In this document: positions 60,420-64,000 of the stretch, in pieces
Position numbering within the stretch: the first letter of the stretch is position 1
Layout: each line of letters begins with the position of its first letter
DNA from: Mobula hypostoma
Taxonomy: Eukaryota
Direction: 5' to 3'
Length of the DNA stretch: 64,000 nt
Assembly: GCF_963921235.1 (NCBI RefSeq)
Contig: NC_086109.1
Span: 11,904,001 to 11,968,000 of the forward strand
Translations under genes and position numbers: made by a program
Notes under the pieces: generated by a model
Seen by the model: only the letters and a program-made list of their open reading frames with translations
What the model was told of the DNA's origin: nothing
Database searches by the model: none

Positions 60420-63400
60420 GTTGATATACTGATATACTGACTATACTGAGGAGTTGATAGAGAGGAGTTACAGGCAGATGATCACACCGGGGCCATGGGA
60501 GGCAGACAAGTGGGTCACGACTTGGAGGGGGAAGAGGAAGAGTCAGGTAATAGAGAGTACCCCAGTGGCTGCTGGGGGGGACAGCTTACCTGGGGAAAGC
60601 AACAGTGGCCGTGCCTCCGGCGCAGAGTACGGCCCTGTAGCTCAGAAAGGTAGGGAAAGGAAGGGGAGGGCAGTTGTGATAGGGGACTCGATAGTAAGGG
60701 GGTCAGATAGGCGATTCTGTGGACGCAGTCCGGAGACCCGGATGGTAGTTTGCCTCCCTGGTGCCAGGGTCCGGGATATTTCTGATCACGTCCAAGATAT
60801 CCTGAAGTGGGAGAGAGAGGAGCCAGAGGTCGTGGTGCATATAGGTACCAATGACATAGGTAGGAAAAGGGGAGAGGTCCTGAAAGGAGAATATAGAGAG
60901 TCAAGAAGGGAGTTGAGAAAAAGGACCGCAAAGGTAGTAATCTCGGGAATACTACCTGTGCTATGCGACAGTGAGAGTAGGAATGCAATGAGGTGGAAGA
61001 TAAATGCATGGCTGAGGGATTGGAGCAGGGGGCAGGGATCCAAGTTTTTGGGTCATTGGGACCTCTTTTGGCGCAGGTGTGACCTGTACAAAAAGGACGG
61101 GTTACACTTGAATCCCAGGGGGACCAATATCCTGGCAGGGAGATTTGCGAGGGCTACTGAGGTGACTTTAAACTAGAATGTTTGTGGGGGTGGGAATCAA
61201 GAGACTAGGAGAGAGGAGGTTAGTTCACAAATAGAAAAAGCTAGTAGACAGTGTGTGAGGGAGGATAGGCTGGGGACAGAGATCAGGAGCACTCAGACCA
61301 AAGATGTAGGGGACAAGGAAGAAAAAGATAAAGTTGTTTGCTCCATTAAGGATAAAAAGAGAGTAAGAGGTGGAGAGTTTCTTAAATGCATCTATTTTAA
61401 TGCTAGGAGCCTTGTAAGAAAGGTGGATGAGTTTAGAGCATGGATTGGCACCTGGAAATATGATGTTGTAGCTATTAGTGAAACGTGGTTGCAGGAGGGG
61501 TGTGATTGGCAACTAAATATTCCAGGATTTTATTGCTTCAGGTGTGATAGAATAGGAGGGCCAAGAGGGGGAGGTGTTGCATTGCTTGTCAGAGAAAATA
61601 TAACAGCGGTCCTCTGGCAGGATAGATTAGTGGACTCATCCAGGGAGGCTATTTGGGTGGAATTGAGAAATAGGAAAGGTGTAGTGATGCTTATAGGGGT
61701 GTATTATAGACCACCTAATGGGGACCGAGAACTGGAGGAGCAAATTTGTAAGGAGATAGCAGATATTTGTAGTAAGCACAAGGTTGTGATTGTGGGAGAT
61801 TTTAATTTTCCACACATAGACTGGGAAGCCCAATCTGTAAAAGGGCTGGATGGTTTGGAGTTTGTCAAATGTGTGCAAGATAGTTTTTTTGCAGCAATAC
61901 ATAGAGGTACCAACTAGAGAAGGGACAGTGTGGATCTCCTGTTAGGGAATGAGATAGGGCAGGTGACAGAGGTATGTGTTGGGGAGCACTTCGGGTCCAG
62001 TGATCACAATACCATTAGTTTCAATATGGAGAAGGATAGGACTGAACGCAGAGTTGAGATTTTTGATTGGAGAAAGGTTAACTTTCAGGAGATGCGAAAG
62101 GATTTAGAAGGAGTGGATTGGGACAATTTGTTTTATGGGAAGGATGTAATAGAGAAATGGAGGTCATTTAAAGGTGAAATTTTGAGGGTACGGGATCTTT
62201 ATGTTCCTGTTAGGTTGAAAGGAAAGGTTAAAAGTTTGAGAGAGCCATGGTTTTCAAGGGATATAGGAAACTTGGTTTGGAAAAAGAGAGGGATTTACAA
62301 TAAATATAGGCAGCTTAGAGTTAATGAGGTGCTCGAGGAGTATAGAGAATGTAAAAAGAATCATAAGAAGGAAATTAGAAAAGGTAAAAGAAGATATGAG
62401 GCAGCTTTAGCAAGTAAGGTGAAAATAAATCTAAAGGGTTTCTACAATTATATAAATAGCAAAAGGATAGTGAGGGGTAAAATTGGTCCCTTAGAGAATC
62501 GGAGTGGACAGCTCTGTGTGGAGCCAAAAGAGATGGGGGAGATTTCGAACAATTTCTTTTCTTCGGTATTCACTAAGGAGAAGGATATTGAATTGTGTAA
62601 GGTAAAGGAAACAAGAAGGGTAGTTATGGAAAGGATGACTATTAAAGAAGAGGAAGTACTTGCACTTTTAAGGAATATAAAAGTGGATAAGTCTCTGGGT
62701 CCAGACAAGATATTCCCTAGAACCTTGAGGGAAGTTAGTGTGGAAATAGCAGGGGCTCTGACAGAAATATTTCAAATGTCATTAGAAGCAGGGTTGGTGC
62801 CGGGGGATTGGCGTATTGCTCATGTGGTTCCATTGTTTAAAAAGGGTTCTAAGAGCAAACCTAGCAATTATCGGCCTGTGAGTTTGACATCAGTGGTGGG
62901 TAAATTGATGGAAAGTATTCTTAGAGGTGGTATATATAATTATCTGGATAGACAGGGTCTGATTAGGAACAGTCAACATGGATTTGTGCGTGGAAGGTCA
63001 GTTTGACAAATCATTGAATTTTTTGATGAGGTTACTAAGAAAGTTGAGGAGGGTAAAGTGGTGGATGTTATCTATATGGACTTCAGTAAGGCCTTTGTCA
63101 AGGTTCCACATGGAAGGTTAGTTAGGAAGGTTCCATCGTTAGGCATTAATATCGAAGTAGTAAAATGGATTCAGCAGTGGCTGGATGGGAGATGCCAGAG
63201 AGTAGTGGTGGATAACTGTGTGTCAGATTGGAGGACGGTGTGTAGCGGTGTGCCTCAGGGATCTGTACTGGGTCCAATGTTGTTTGTCATATATATTAAT
63301 GATCTGGATGATGGAGTGGTAAATTGGATTAGTAAGTATGCAGATGATACTAAAATAGGTGGTGTTGTGGATGATGAAGTAGGTTTTCAAAGCTTGCAGA

Positions 63401-64000
63401 GAGATTTAGGCCAGTTAGAAGAGTGGGCTGAAAGATGGCAGATGGAGTTTAATGCTGAAAAATGTGAGATGCTACATTTTGGTACGACAAATTAAAATAG
63501 GACATACATGGTAAATGGCAGGGCATTGAAGAATGCTGTAGAACAGAGGGATCTAGGAATAATGGCGCATAGTTCCCTGAAGGTGGAATCTCATGTGGAT
63601 TGGTGGTGAAGAAAGCTTATGGTATGCTGGCCTTTATCAATCAGAGCATTGAGTATAGGAGTTGGGATGTAATGTTGAAATTGTATAAGGCATTGGTAAG
63701 GCCAAATTTGGATTATTGTGCACAGTTCTGGTCACCGAATTATAGGAAAGATGTCAATGAAATTGAGGAAGTACAGAGGAGGTTTACTAAAATGTTGCCT
63801 GGGTTTCACCTCCTAAGTTACAGAGAAAGGTTGAACAAGTTAGGTCTCTATTCTTTGGAGCGTAGAAGGTTGAGAGGGGACTTGACAGAGGTGTTTAAAA
63901 TTATGAGGAGCATTGATCGAGTTGACGTGAATAGGCTTTTTCCATTGAGAGTGGGGGAAATTCAAACAAGAGGACATGAGTTGAGAGTTAAAGGGCAAAA
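60420..64000 (+). mobile_element. CR1 LINE (SGNH-esterase ORF1 + ORF2), degenerate, runs off the window
   Basis: ORF 60454-61176 (VIGDSIVRG, HIGTND, DGLHLN). ORF2 pieces 61255-61917, 61930-63006 and 63058-63495. Confidence 0.95.

Noticed and set aside
60454-61176. SGNH/GDSL esterase ORF as a host enzyme gene
   Set aside because: It is the known esterase-bearing ORF1 of CR1 elements, directly upstream of CR1 ORF2.

Overview
Repeat-dense vertebrate genomic DNA, most likely from a cartilaginous fish (inferred from CR1 LINE dominance, V-SINEs, Penelope elements and the receptor type). By eye, most of the window is transposable-element derived: CR1, L1/Tx1, Penelope, HERO-like, R4/Dong-like, BEL/Pao, Gypsy, Tc1, solo LTRs and V-SINEs, often nested. 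One host gene can be rebuilt by hand on the minus strand: an inhibitory Ig-superfamily receptor. Its exons are signal peptide (37767-37803), CD300/pIgR-type V domain (19262-19582), C2-type Ig domain (17947-18267), an unresolved stalk exon, uncharged transmembrane exon (6645-6736), short cytoplasmic exon (1960-2006) and a terminal exon with three ITIM-type motifs (15-263). It resembles the skate MDIR / CD300-like receptors. A CpG-island promoter at about 41.3-41.6 kb (TATA-like, CRE, NRF1-like and YY1 motifs) may drive it through non-coding exons. A Penelope insertion with a 13-bp target-site duplication (TSD) carries an intact minimal hammerhead ribozyme. There is an assembly gap at 54374-54679. 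Exon boundaries were counted by hand. Transposon boundaries are approximate unless a TSD or terminal inverted repeat (TIR) is cited. No database searches were run.
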